Source: Camelus ferus (taxonomy: Eukaryota). Taken from it: DNA of 64,000 bases. The stretch's first letter is position 1, and every line of letters starts with the position of its first letter. Of the stretch, positions 11,996 to 25,880 are shown piece after piece. The notes below the pieces were generated by a model. That model was given only the letters and a program-made list of their open reading frames with translations. It made no database searches and was not told the origin of the DNA. The stretch covers positions 98,768,001 through 98,832,000 of the forward strand of contig NC_045696.1 of the NCBI RefSeq assembly GCF_009834535.1, given 5' to 3'. Both the position numbers and the translations under genes were made by a program.

Positions 11996-12264
11996 CCAGT
12001 AATATCCACCTGCTGCCTTCTGCCTGCCTAAATGAATATTTCTTCACCTGCTGCGGACCCCACACATCCCTAATTCCTGTAGAGTTCCATTTCAATGAAA
12101 GCAGACCCAGGAAGTATAGCACTCATATTTTCATGCCCTAGTAGTTTCCATTTAATGTTTTGTTTTCTTAAAATGTAAATGTGTACTGAGCGCAGAGGCT
12201 ATGCTGTCATCCACACGGAACAGAGCACACCATGCTAGGCACATCATGGTACTCCGTGCGATTT

Positions 12265-12440
12265 GGGGATTTAGACTCAGGCAAGCTCAAATCTGAAATA
12301 GGAAACCATTCATTTTAACTGAGTAATACTTACAAGACAATGTACCTCTCAGATTTTGCTTCATCCTCTCTGAATGCGAGAGAAAAAAACTAATAAGTCA
12401 CAAAGAGAAGGTGAGAAATCAACATAATAAAATGTATCAG
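12265..12440 (+). mobile_element. MIR fragment
   Basis: gatttagactcaggcaagct...acctctcagattttgcttcatcctctctgaatg...gtgagaaatcaacataataa. Confidence 0.5.
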
Positions 12441-13291
12441 TCATGATATGAGTCTAATATGCATTTTCCTTTATGATTAGAGTTGACAATAAAAAGCATA
12501 TACATATGTGTTCTACTTAACATGATTAGCAGAACTTACATTTTTGAAGGTCAAAGACTCAAAACTTTAGAAACTAATCTCTTTAGAATTCATTCTATGA
12601 AAAAAAACCACTTTATTTTCCTTAAGTTGAAATATATTTCAGTTTGATTTAGCACTTAGTTCAAGGATATCAGTTATTCACTGATTATATTCATTTTAGA
12701 TATTTAGGTAATCATATCACAGCAATCTTTAAAGATAATATCTTTCATATTTATAGTCTTATTTTGCTACACTCAGAGCTTAAGGAATCTTATCTGGAAG
12801 CTGTGTTTGCCAGGAAAACACACTGTTTTGCTCACAGAGTTTGCTTATTTGTGAGAGAGAGAGAAAGATTATGGTCTGGGGTGGCACCTAAGTCACTTCT
12901 CCAAGTCCCCTCTTAGTGCTTTGTCTGTCTGATAGCCCTACCTGTTTCTATTAGAGTGGTTTTTTTCATTAAGATTTATCTTTTGGAAAGTTGCTGGAAG
13001 ATGGTGAGTATAATCCAAACGTCCCTAAGTATTACTGCAGGAAGAAATGAGCAAAAAAGTTTAAAAGAACTATTTAAAGAAAATTCTCATTTCCTACTTT
13101 TTAGCTAAAATGTCAGTAGTTCCATGGAAATTATATCCTCACAAAATAAAGAAAAATGAAAATTAGTTTTAAAAAGTTACTGAGTTATTTGAATATCCAT
13201 GAAAGTAGATAAAATATTTATAATAACCCCTCATGTTTTCATTATTCAGCATCAAAAACTCAACTGATAGAGAATCTGGTTTCATAGATAC

Positions 13292-13827
13292 TGTTAGTTC
13301 TATCACTGCAAAAACAAACAAAAAATCCTATAACAACCTAGAAGCTTAAAACAATAGACATTTATTATCATAGTCTCTGTAGGTCAGAAATTTAGGAACA
13401 GCTTAGCTGGATATTTCTGAGAGTCAGTCATGAAGTCACAGTCAGGATGCTGGCTTGGACTGTGGTCATCGGCAGTACGACCAAGGCTGGAGGGTCCTCT
13501 TCTGAGGGGCTTCTCTCATAAGGTTATTGGTAGGCAGGGGGGTCTCTGGGGACGCTGGCAGAAAGACTCATTTCCTCACCACCCAGAGTTGCTGGAATGT
13601 CTTCCTGACACGGCCCCTGTTTCCTCACTGAGCAGGAGATACAAAAGAGGACAAAGAGGAAGCCACAATGACTCTTGAGACTGGAAATCACACACTCACT
13701 TCTGCCATATTCTCTTTGCTAGAAGTAGGTCACCACACACAGCCCACACTCAAGGAGAGAGGAATCAACTCCACATCTTAAAACGAGGAAGATCAAAAGA
13801 ATTTTAACATATTTTTAAATTGCCACA
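13292..13827 (-). mobile_element. MaLR solo LTR, MLT1F-like
   Basis: gcttaaaacaata, ctgtaggtcagaaatttaggaacagcttagctgg, cacttctgccatattct, cagcccacactcaaggagagagg, ttttaaattgccaca. Confidence 0.85.
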
Positions 13828-13844
13828 ATACATCCACCCACTTT

Positions 13845-14100
13845 CTACTCACCATTCCAATTATTTTGAAGGCATGCCAGACCACACATCATTTCATACA
13901 TAAGCACTTCAAAACAAAAACAAAAACAAAAGCCAATCCAGACCACAATTCGATTCTCACAACTAAAAAAGATTTTTTTTAATATTATCAAATATCCAAT
14001 CAGTGTTCAAATGTCTTTGATTTTTTTCATTTTTTTTTTTTTACAGTTGGTGTGGTTTGTTTGAATTATAATCCAAACAAGGATCATCTATTGCATTTAA
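13845..14100 (-). mobile_element. Old L1 (L1MC-like) 3' fragment
   Basis: attattttgaagg...catcatttcat...aatattatcaaatatccaatcagtgttcaaat...aatccaaacaagg...attgcattt. Confidence 0.65.
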
Positions 14101-16524
14101 CAATTTTTAAAGTGGTTCAAATCCTCCTTTAATCATCCTGTTTGAAATATACTTACAAGCAGACAAAAATATAAGATGGGGTTCTGTGAAAGTGGTTTCT
14201 TGAATGAGACGAATTTGCTGCTTTGTTTTGACACTGCTTATTGTTCTTTTCACAAGGAACACTCGAGAAGCAAGGAAGCAGATTTTCCTAGGTTACCTTT
14301 GAACCTGGAATCTGTGTTACTGCTTTGGTTCTATTCCTAATAAGCCACAGGTGTACACTACAGGAGCGAGCGGAAACCAAGACAGGGATATGATGATGGT
14401 TAATTGTCCATAATCTATTTATCCCGAGGAGCACTTATACATCTGTTACATATTTAGGTATTTGCTACTTGTAGTTTTTTCGTGATTTTTGAGCAGAGAA
14501 GCGTCCATACCTAAAGCACCATAAAAAGGAAAAATGCTACCAAGGGGCCTTAAAGTAGCAAGACAAAGAAAGTACAGCTTTTTGTGTCTTGGAAATGAAT
14601 GACTCCGTCAACAGGGATTTTGTTTTATATGCACTATATTAGGTTTGGGCACTAAACACTTGACTCCCATTTCAGAATGAATTACTTTGTTAAATGCAGG
14701 TATTTGAATAGGATAAGGTACTTTAATTACTAAATTCTTCAATAAGTACCTTTATCTTGTTTTATGAAATATTTTATAGTGATATCCTTTGTTCTTTCCT
14801 TAATATGTGTACATATGTACATATGTATGTGTTGTATGTGTGTGTATATATGCTTTTTATATACAAATATGCATATGTTAACTTTATGTACTAAAATAGC
14901 TCATAAAATGTGTCCTGTACTCAATTTTTTATTATGTGTCTAAACTGTGGTTTTAGATACCAATTTGCAAAAGTAACATTTTAAAAGTACAATTTACAGT
15001 TAATCTTGCATAAATGATCTCTAAACATGAACTATTTAAAATAAAAAAAGTGTAATGTTCATAGGTCATTAGATCAGAGCTGAATATGAGAAATTTAGAC
15101 TTAATCACTGAAAATTAATAACTTATTTAGAAAACTTTTAAAATATCTTAAACATTATTTGCAGGTAATTGTTTCTCCAATCAATGACATATCCACTTTT
15201 TCATTTTAATTTTAAATGTTTTTTTCTGATACTTCATTTTCATTCTAAGCATTTTACATTAATAAACACCAAATTTATAAATTGCTACGTTATCCATTAC
15301 TATATGAATTTGCACAGTTGACTGTGACGAACTTTCTGTAGCTGACTTTTGCCTGTTATTTGATGAAATGGCAAGAATATAATTCCTAATAAAGTCAAAC
15401 TACTGTTCCACTTTACTTCCCAAGGCACAACCATTTACTCCAAGAAATGTACACAAACAAGACTCCTATTTGCAGCCAGCACTAAACTTTGAGAGTAGTT
15501 GACTTTGTTATCTAGATCCAATTTTTAATGCTTACTGTTGAGTTTTCTTCCTTTCTTGTTTTAAATTTTCAAACCACCAGAGGATGATTTCCTTAAGAAT
15601 GTTCTCCCAGGTATGTTCAGAATATGAATTAGGCCCATCTATTTCTGTCCAGTAATAACAATGTCACAGGCTGAATGGACTCCGTGACCTGTGAAAGAAC
15701 TATTCATATGCTTTCGTCTGCCCCGGCGCCTTCTTTAACAAGTGAACGTAGACCTTTTTCACAGTCATCTTAAACGTTTCAACTCTGTGTTTCACGTTGG
15801 GTTCTTGCGTCTCCAACCGCATAGCTTTTCTGTCTCTTTTGGGGAAGACTTCCTTGCTCTACTCATTTAAACGCTTCTGCCTTTATGACTATTTTATTGC
15901 CGTACCTATGGGGCTTCTTACTGTATTTGCCTGTAACTGAAGGAGATTTTAAAGGAATTAAATTTATTCAGACTAAATCTTCTGGGGGATGCAAAGGCAT
16001 CTTAAACAATTAGCAATAATTAAAAAGCATCTATTCAGACTGGATAAAAGGTAAATAGATTTCACTTAAATATAGTAGTTAGTTGGTACAGTTTTCCCAT
16101 TTGCATGTTGTTTTTAAACCTCCTGTTGGCGAGTAACTTTGAAATCACAAAAGAAAACATTGGTTTTTGTCAGTTTGCATAATTCTTTCCTCATGAGTGC
16201 CGTTAACAAATTGCTGTACTAAAAATTTTAATTATCTTTAATTTAGATGTTGCAACTAACTCTGAATATAACAGCATGAGAATGATGCCTGCATAAAACC
16301 TAGATTTGCTTTTTAAACTTTTAATCCTAAATTAATGTGGAACTGGCTGGAAAGATCTATGGTTCTTTGACTTCTGATATTTTCTATAAATTTGATTCCG
16401 GTATTTATCTGCCTCAAGGAAATATTTGCTTTGGGTAATACATTTAACTGTGTTCTCAAAGTTCTTATTAAATTATTTCAAATTAGGACTTGTCTTATGG
16501 ATAGTCAGACAAGATAAATTAGAT

Positions 16525-16930
16525 TTGTATTCAAAAACATTTACAGGTACCTGTTAGTATAAATGTAAACATAGTGATGGATAAAAGTAGTCTTTTTCTT
16601 ACACATGCACATATGAGTACACACACACATATCAATTTATACCAAAGCAAATATGCTTAAATTCTTCTGCTCAAGAAATGCATAGTTTAGTAGAACAGAG
16701 AACCACTTACATGTGTTTGAGGAGGCACCAAGGAAGGCAACTAATATCACTTGATATTTAAATGTTATACTTTCATTCTTCAGGATTTTAAGTAAAACAA
16801 TATGATCAGGTAACATTTTAAAAAATGACAGCCAGACTGTGGAAAAATGTGACATGGGATGAAACAGACTGGGAGAAAGAGAGAAAGAGACATGAAGGAC
16901 AGTAGAAAATACTGAAAAAATGTAGCAAAC
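16525..16930 (-). mobile_element. Degenerate L2 3' fragment
   Basis: attcaaaaacatttacaggtacct followed by purine-rich antisense L2-like sequence. Confidence 0.45.
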
Positions 16931-17329
16931 CAAAGATACATTTTTTCAAGGGCTGTCCAAACTCAGCCATTCCATGATAGTCAAAAATATACGTTATGAT
17001 TCTGGGTGCAAAAATAGCACCACTAAGATTAGAACAAGGTGTTACAAAGGTTAAGCTTACAGATTTGCTCTCCAATAAAACAAACAACTACACTCACATT
17101 CAACTGCCTACTCAGCCATTCTGCAAATGCCTCATAAACAAGAAATTAGAAGTAAAACAGAGGGAGTAAACAGTCACCTCTGAAGGCAAAAACAACAAAC
17201 TTGAAGGTAGATTCACTTTATAGTGATGACTGGTTACACAGTCTATGTATAGAAAAAAGCATGCTGCTTAACAGTATTATCAGCTTTGGGGGGGAAAAGT
17301 TCTTTTTACATAATGATAAACTGCAAAAA

Positions 17330-17490
17330 AGATAGACTTTAGTCAAAAATTCTGGGATTAGAAAATGGTTCTGCTACGACATTGTCTAAGGGAACTTTAC
17401 CTCATCGAACATAAGCCTTTATAAGGAGGATAATAACACCTAATAATCCTTAAGGGGTAATTGTGAAGATGAAGAAATGACTTAAGTGTA
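17330..17490 (+). mobile_element. MIR fragment
   Basis: agactttagtcaaaaattctggg...ggttctgctac...gataataacacctaa...ttgtgaagatgaa. Confidence 0.5.
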
Positions 17491-19908
17491 ATAATATAAT
17501 AACTATCTCAGGGAAATGAAACACTAAAATTTCCATGTAATTAGTCTCATGGAATATTGCTAGAAAGCACCAGCACTATCTCTTAATAATAGAAAAATAG
17601 TCCTCTTAGCAAGACATGATAAAGAACTTCAATGAACATAAAATATAACACAACAATCAAATATAAGCATTTAGATGATGTTTAGAAACTGAAAATTCTA
17701 GGGCTGCCTTAGCATGTAAAGTCCCTGAATGCTACCCTCATGCCTGTAGGATGGATTCCTCTCCTAGGTGACATGGACGATCACGGTGTGTGCTTCTTTC
17801 CATTCTTCTGTGAGCCGTCGCTTACACTGACTTCTGTGCCTGGCCCGACTCACATCACATGTACCCATCAAGATGCACTATGGCCACCAGGAGAAACTTC
17901 TAATCAAGTACCATTTCCTCTTTTGAAAACACTTGGCCCCCATTCCCAGTAGTTATTTCATTTCACAAAAGCCTTATTAATAATTTAAAAATCAATATGT
18001 TTTTTATCAAACAACACTGCGCTTAATAGCTTAGTTTTACATTCTTAGCAATCTAGCATTCTAAATATTTACATTAGTGGAAGAAGCACTTACATATAAT
18101 TGTACATGACATTCTATTATGTATACTTGCAGATTTTGAAAATAGATTTAATGTGTATAGCTATCCAATAAAGTCTCATTGTACTATAATTTTAAAAGAA
18201 TAATTTTATTATATTACAATTTTCTATTAGGATGTGAGATTTTAAAATATAAACAAAAGAAATGCTAGAATTAAATTATTATCACTTGATAATATGACAA
18301 AATAAAGCATCTGACTTAGAAACTTTTTAGAAAATTACATGTGCATAATTTCACAAGGGAACTAAAAATAAATAAATAAAAGTTACCATGCTCATGATTT
18401 TGATTAGGCAGAGATTTTCAAGCATCAGTTTATAAATGAGATGCCAAATAAATAAAGTGACATAAATTATTGAAGTTATTCATTCAGTTATTGGTTACCA
18501 AGTTTACCCATTGTAGATGAGAAAAAAAATCATGTGAAATGAAAAGAATACTTAGCTCCTAGATGAGATGACTTTTGAAGAATGTTTGGGAACTAAGCAT
18601 AGAGAAACTAACCATTCACGCATACTCCATACTCTTATAAGCTTGGCTAGAGAATATTAGTTTGGCTTTTGGGGATTTCTAGTATTACTTGTTAACTGGC
18701 ACTACTAATTGACTATATAATTCCTGTGATTTTAGAAAGGCTTGCTCTCAGCTAAAATAATAAAATTTATTTTTAATCTAGAAGTTTCCCTAAAGAGATC
18801 TGTCCAAGTATGTAAAAGCATGGCTTTATTAGTGAGCTTATAATGACTTACTTTAATCAATGGTTAACATTATTGCATATCTGTAATTGTCATGATGTCC
18901 ATGATTTAATAGCTGTATTCTGGAATATACAGATTTTGATACTATTTTATTTTGTGTCCCTTTCAGAAAAGCTGTTAACATCCTTGTAAGATAGATACAA
19001 CCCAATACAGATCACAATCCTGAAGATAAAGTGAAAAAATGAACACAGTAACAAGATTGCCCTCAATATTACATCATTTTTTAAGGTCAACAGAGAAAGT
19101 CTATTTTTTATCATAACTTTTCCTTCTGAATTTCAAGAAAACAGGCTGTCCCCAAATGTAAAGAGATAATGTGGCACAGAAGAAACACGTAAGTCAAAGT
19201 GGAAATATCAGTTGGTTATTTATTGATCCTATGATCTTAGGAACATTAAAGTCTTTAAACTTATTTTATCCTCTAAAGAGAGACCGATATTACTCATTTC
19301 TCTGACTCCAGGGAAATAACCAGACAAGTTATATAAATTCCCTGTAATACAAAAAGTATAACAGTTATCTTGTAGAGTTGTTATGACTATGCAATAACTT
19401 CCTTTTTTGAAGAAGGAAGTTACTCAGTAAATGTTTATGTAAAAAATGTTGTGATACTTTTCCTTGCTAATAGGGCTCCATGGCAAAATGAGTGCTTTAT
19501 GCAAAGAGACCCAATGTATAAAAATGTTCGGAGCATGTTCAACCCAAAGTAGTCCCCTGAGAAGTTTATTCATTAAGTACCATTTTTGAGATCCTTGGAA
19601 CTTCCCAAGGCTCTTACCAATCACAGTTAACTTCTGTTGAATATTACCAAAAAATCTTGAACTATAATTTGAAAATAGAATTTACTAAGAAATAATTTTG
19701 CAAAGGTCTTACTTTGTTCTTAACTACTAATTCACATACAAGAAAGAGCAGACTACTGATCATGAAAGTTTTGACAATCTGAAAATAATTTGTGTCCTAA
19801 AGATCTGGACATAGGGCCTTTGGACAATCAAATAAAAACAACTTGCAATGTCCTGGTGAAAAATAAAATCTTATATGTAGTCTATAAAAACTAATATGTA
19901 TATATTAG

Positions 19909-19932
19909 TTATATATATATATATATATATAT
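19909..19932. repeat. (TA)n microsatellite
   Basis: Read directly. Confidence 0.95.
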
Positions 19933-20009
19933 GAAAATTTTTGAATAGGATCAACTCATATTTTGCCTTTCTTTTAAATTTTCATAAGAATTCAAAGAAA
20001 TATGAATGC

Positions 20010-21010
20010 AGAACATCTGCTTCTAAATAATATTGAAATAAGCAACTTGAACAACTTCCCACTGAGAATACCTAGAAAGGCTAGATAAAATATTTTTTAC
20101 AACCTGCTTCAATACATCAGACAATTTAAGAGGCAGTGAAGATACACAAAGCCACAGTTCAGAAAAGACAGATCCTTAGATTGATGGCACTATATTGGAG
20201 GATTATCACTTTTGCTTTAGAGACATCTGCCAGGGGGCTAAGAAGTTAATAATCTGAGAAAAATTTTAAACAGCCTCCAAACTAGGAGGATCAACACTGG
20301 ATTACAGTGTCTACTGAAAAGCACTCTCTGAAATAGGAATCTCAAAGGCTATTATCTAGAATGAAGGGAGGCTTAAAGTAGACCCTCCCTGGCATGTGCT
20401 AAAGCCTAGCTTAAACATATCAAAACCCTTGAGGGCAATTAAATTATTTTTTATTGTAAATTTCCTAGCCACCACCAGGTTTCATTTCATTAAAATTATT
20501 GACCCTTAATCAAAATTAACAGTAAACACATTAAAAGAAAACAAATGAAAACCAAGAGATATGTAAGAGTCAGTAGAAATATAACCACTGGGTGTCAAGA
20601 CAATGTGGTAGAGAGATGCATACTATAATATATTTATAGTTATATGTTTAAGAAGATAAATAAGGAAATTGAAAATGTTGTCAGAAAACTAAAAACTATA
20701 AAAAGGACAAAATATGAATTCCAGATCTAAAAATTGTACTAAATTCTTTTAGGAACTCAATAGAGGGTCTATTAGTAGCTAAAACATAACTGAAGAGAGA
20801 GTTCATAAACCAGAAGATAACTCGAAAAAAATATCTCAAATGAAATCCTAAGACTTTATTTTACTGTTCACGGTCAAATTGTTTCCATGGTCAAAGAACA
20901 AGGGACTACAAACAAGAAAAAAAGATAAAAGAACAAAACATAATACGGTCATGAAAAGGCCATAAACATATTATTGGCCCACACAAAGACAATACAAAGA
21001 GAAAGATGAA
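20010..21010 (+). mobile_element. Very old L1 5' end/ORF1 remnant (L1M4/5 or HAL1-like)
   Basis: cttcccactgagaatacctagaaaggctagataaaata; A-rich ORF1-like aactgaagagagagttcataaaccagaagataa. Confidence 0.6.
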
Positions 21011-21164
21011 AATCCAAATATACATACATATCACAGTGTTTTTAACAATGAATTGTCTTCATGACTCAACTGATATGGAGCATTTTTTCCAGGATTATAT
21101 TATTAACAGGTATGTGAGGATTACCTAGAACTTTTAGCACGCTTCAATATTTGACATCTTGAAG

Positions 21165-21335
21165 GAGATTTATGTTGACTTTCTGTTTGTTTACTTGCCC
21201 TTACTCACCAGTTTCATCACTAGCCTACAATCTCCTAGGGCACAAAAGCTCTCTGTCTTCTTTCCAGTTATTTCTTCTACATTTGGACTAACCCTAATAA
21301 TAGACACCTGATTAAAGTTGAATACATAAATGTTT
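21165..21335 (+). mobile_element. L2 3' end
   Basis: ttgtttacttg...ctagcctacaatctcctagggca...tagacacctgattaaagttgaatacataaatg. Confidence 0.55.
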
Positions 21336-22039
21336 GCAAGAATCAATTTTAAAAATGTATTTTCCAATAGTTATTCTCTTTTTTTCTGATTCTTATCTAA
21401 CATCAGATTGGTTACTGAGACTATTTGCCACCAAGTTTAGTCTTGACTTCTAAACAAAGAGGTAATTAGGCAAATAATTGTTCACCTACGTAACATCATT
21501 TTGGTCTCTTTGCTTCGTGTAACCTGTAGACAGCACGAAAAGTTTTATATCTTAATTGATTTGTATTTCCAAACTCATGCCAGAAAAAAATGAAGCTATG
21601 TTCAATAGAGGACACCTATTCTTAACATAAAGCCTTACAAGGAGATCTTATTAATTGAAAATAACAGAATAAATTGAAATCTGAAGATGCCATATAGAAG
21701 TAGAAAATAATTAAAAGATGTTAATTATATTAACACCAGTTTAAAATTAACACTAGTTCAGTTTAAGCGAAATTATAGGCACGCTCTTAATTATACCTAA
21801 ACTTACCAGCATCTACGCCTGTAGAAGTCAGCAGATCTGTTGCACCTCCTTGTGCTGCTGGGCCTGCAGGGCTTGGTATGAGTATGCTCTGATTCATGGT
21901 AACCGAACCTCCTTTACGCTATCCCTTTAATACCCACTGTTCCCACTTCAAGCCCCAGTAGGGGATTTTGTGTTGGATTCCAACTTTAAGCAGGACTATC
22001 CACACATTTGGCTTAATTCATTAGGATGACTTTTTTTTT

Positions 22040-22402
22040 CTCTCTCACATATCTGCTATGTCAGCTGAGAAGGCTGAAAGACTGTGAAGCAGGCTGGCAT
22101 CTCTGTCTCTCTGTGGGTCTTTTCCACGTGGCTGGCTTGGACTAACAGTATGGCAGTCTCAGGATAGTCAATCTTCTCACATGGTGGCTGGCTTCCCCAA
22201 GGGTTCTCCTTCTAAAGAGCAGGGAGGAAGCTCCTAGCTACAACAAGTCTCATGATTTGGCCTGAAAAGTCACACAGAGTCACTTCCACTGTCTTCTGTT
22301 GATTATGCAGGGTTCGCCTAGATTCAACATAGGAGGTGACTACACAAAAGTATCAGTACCAGGAGGCATGGTTTACATGGTTCAAAGGTCCTGCCATCTT
22401 TC
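22040..22402 (-). mobile_element. MLT1H-like LTR fragment
   Basis: ccacgtggctggcttgg, cttctcacatggtggctggcttcccc, aagtcacacagagtcacttccactg, taccaggaggcatggtt. Confidence 0.75.
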
Positions 22403-24699
22403 ATCTCTTAAGCCAAGAAAAACTAACAGAGACCACTTAACAAGAAATGCACTTTTCCCTTTGCCTTAACATTTTCTTAGCTCTTTTAATTTTTAAACCA
22501 TGGATTCAACAATAATCTCTGTTACACACCACAAAGAGTAATTTTTGACCCAGGCACTAGGTGTGGTATGCAATAGAAACATAGTTTGTGGTCATATTTA
22601 GTTTATATGTGTTCTTCTGGTGTAACACACTCATTTCTAAAAAGACTCATTGTACCTTAATTGAAATGCCATATGAAACTCAAAGTATTTTAAGATACAC
22701 TTCCTGAATACCTACCATATGCTAAGTGCTGGGATATATCGACTAACAAAACGCTGTCTTATCTTCAGAGAGCTTAGGATAAGGACAGGCCGTGCATTTC
22801 AGTTTCCCCATGGAGAGATCCTTATATAGTTAATCCAAAGTTCTTTTTCTCAGCCCCTCACACCTTATCTGAAATCTCTTTCATGCTGGAAAGAAACTGT
22901 CTTTCAGGTTCCAGAAAAAGTTTAGCAAACGAAACAGTACAAGTGATAAATGTTAACTGTTACTCCTTCGTTCCTTACCCTATATGATTTCAGGTGGGAT
23001 TTATTAAGAGAAGATGTATTTCTTCTTCTGGGTCATGAAGAACATTTTTTTTATCTGTATTCTCCAAGGAAGCTCATGGTGAAATAGATAAAATGTCAGA
23101 AATAATTAAGAAAAATGCAGGGGTATCCAACAACCTAAAATTACACCTTTTGGTGATGCCTAGTTTTCATCCTCTTGGTCCCTTGACAGGTATAAACACC
23201 AACTTATCACATCCTTTAGATGATGGTGTGTTAAATCAATGGGAATGAACTCATGGCACAGTAAATGGGGAGGGTGAAAACGAAATTCTCTTAGAAAGCA
23301 GAGGTCGTGGAATCTAGGAGGTCAATATACACTGTGCCATAGATACAGGATCTAGAATCTTGCAGAATTGTTGTGTAAAAAGTCTCCTAAATCTCTTTGA
23401 TCATTTTCACTAGTTTCAATCACACCTCATTTTGTCACTTTTAACCTACTATTTTCTTTAACTACTAAAATTACTTTTTAAAGCGTTTGTTTCAGTTTTT
23501 CCCCTTAACTTTCAGTGTTAGGTGCTTTTATCCCTATGGTAGTAGAATCAACACACAGAGAAAGTTGACTATCTGTATCAGAAATGAGATACTTCACAAT
23601 CATGGGACTCTTCTTTGTAAAGACCTAGCATATTTTTTCTTACCTCAGTTGAAATACTCTTATTCTAGACATACGAACTAATTTTAATGAAATGCCCCCA
23701 AGAATCAGTTTCTTTGTCTGATTGACTACAATACATAGATAGTAATTATTTGAAGCACATGCTACTAAAAGTTTTGAACAAGTAGACCAAAATATATGTA
23801 ACTACATTAATCTGCCTATCTAAAACTTTTAATTGCACATTAGTAATGGTAGTTATAATAAAACAGATAAAAGCTTTTAAATATACCAGGGTCAAGCAAG
23901 TTGAAGGAGTTGCTACCAATAAGCATAAATTTAGCCCTGCTCTTCCAAGCCATACATTTTAAACAGGACAAGGTCATCCCTAGATTAATCCTGTCTTTGG
24001 AAGGGTACGTATGTTTAATTCTGAGGAATGATACTAGATATTTCATTTGCCTGCCAGATAGAAACCACATTCTCCAATGTTAGCTATATAAATAATAAAG
24101 GTCTCTAATTGGCCTTGGCTTTCCTTTTTTGATATCAAAGAAGTTATTGGCTTTCAGGCTTTTAAAGATACCAACAGTGCTAAGGCCTTATCTGAATAAC
24201 TAAAATCCCAATTAATGGAATCTAAAATATCAATATTTTGTTGTATCTAATGCATCAAAGCTGCACTACTTATTTACAAATGTATTTTTATATATATCCT
24301 GCAATGGATACTTCACAGAAATTCTCATAAGTGGAAAATTAAAAACTATATCCTTGTGTCTAGAGATACAAATTTTGGATATGGGTCTATGAATATATTT
24401 GTAATTAGCAAACACACTTTGAGGTAATCACGACCCCATTATGGATTTAGCATGTTCACTTCCAAATTTTTAATTCAAGTTTTCATTTGGCAACCATGAG
24501 ATGCAAACATACTTGGAACATTTTAAAATAATACATACTTAAAGGACATTTTGGACATTTAAAATATATGTAATTTAACAATTTAATTTGAACTGTATTT
24601 ATGAAAGTTCATTTTCCATATACATACATATATGCATCCATGTAAATGTTAAGCTTTCTATTTTTCATACATAAAATTCAATATACTGCTGTTGATTTT

Positions 24700-25244
24700 C
24701 TTTTTGCTTTTTTGACAATGACTGTATATATTTAAGGTATACAATTTGATGATTTGATATTCCTATGTATTGTGAAATAAGTACCACATTCAAACTAATT
24801 AACATAGTCATCTGTTAGATAGTTACCACTTTTCCTGTGTGCCAGGACTGCTTAAAATCTACTCTCTTAGTAAATTTTAAGTATAAAAATGTGCTGTTAA
24901 CTATAGTCATATTGTTGTACATTGGATCTCCAGAATTTACTCATTTTGCATAATGGAAATTTTGTACCCCTTGACCAACGTCTCCCCATTTACCCCTCCC
25001 CCCAGCCCCTGGCAACCATCATTCTTCTCTTGGATATGAATTCTATTGTTTAGATTCTGCATACAAGTGGAATGGTGCAATATTTGCATTTCTATAAATG
25101 GCTTACTTCCCTAAGCATAGTCCCCCTCCACACACATTCATCCATGTTGTCACAAATAGCAGGAGTTGTTTTTTTCTTTTTAAGGCTGAATTATACACAC
25201 ATTTTTATTTGTATATATGTGTGTGTATATATACACATATATAT

Positions 25245-25279
<35 letters not shown>

Positions 25280-25880
25280 CTCAGCCACTCTATACCTTTC
25301 GATTGATGAATTTAATCCATTTATATCTAAGGTAATAAGTCAGAACTTACTCATGGAATTTTGCTCATTTCTGTTTGTTTTATAGTTTTTATAGTTGTTT
25401 TGTTCCTCTCTTGCTGTCTTCCTTTGCTATTTGATCACATTTTTGTGGTGATATGTTTTAGTTTTTTTCTCTTTATTTTTTGTACCTATATTGTAGGGTT
25501 TTTTCTTTGTGATTATCTCAGGTCTTGCATAAAATATCTTGTAGTTAAAACCCTCCACGTTCATAACTAATTAACTTCCATTGCCTACAAAAACACAACC
25601 CTTGTACTCCTCCCTCTACATACTTTGTGTTTTTTAAGTCAGCATTTACTGCTTTTTATACTGTGCATCCACTAACAAATTTTTATTTATATGCTTGTCT
25701 ATGAGGCTATCTGGGGTTTCTGTGCTCCACAGTGTTTCTGCACCTCTCCTATTATATTCCAGAGCTCTCCCAGACATATCTTCATTGGGATGTAGCTGTT
25801 TATTCATTGTTCTTGTTGTTTTGTGGGGGGGACAAGCACTTGGACCTTCTATCTTCCATCTTGCTGACATCACCCCCAAT
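24700..25880 (-). mobile_element. Collapsed L1 (L1MA-like): 3'UTR (24700-25200), ORF1-end/ORF2-start (25280-25690), 5' terminus (25690-25880)
   Basis: Antisense 3'UTR (ttaaggtatacaa, aaaatctactctcttag); antisense ORF2 N-terminus (tcagccactctatacc...atttaatccattta); 5' end (tccatcttgctgacatcacccc). Confidence 0.75.
25212..25279. repeat. Compound (TA)n/(TG)n/(CA)n microsatellite
   Basis: Read directly. Confidence 0.95.
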
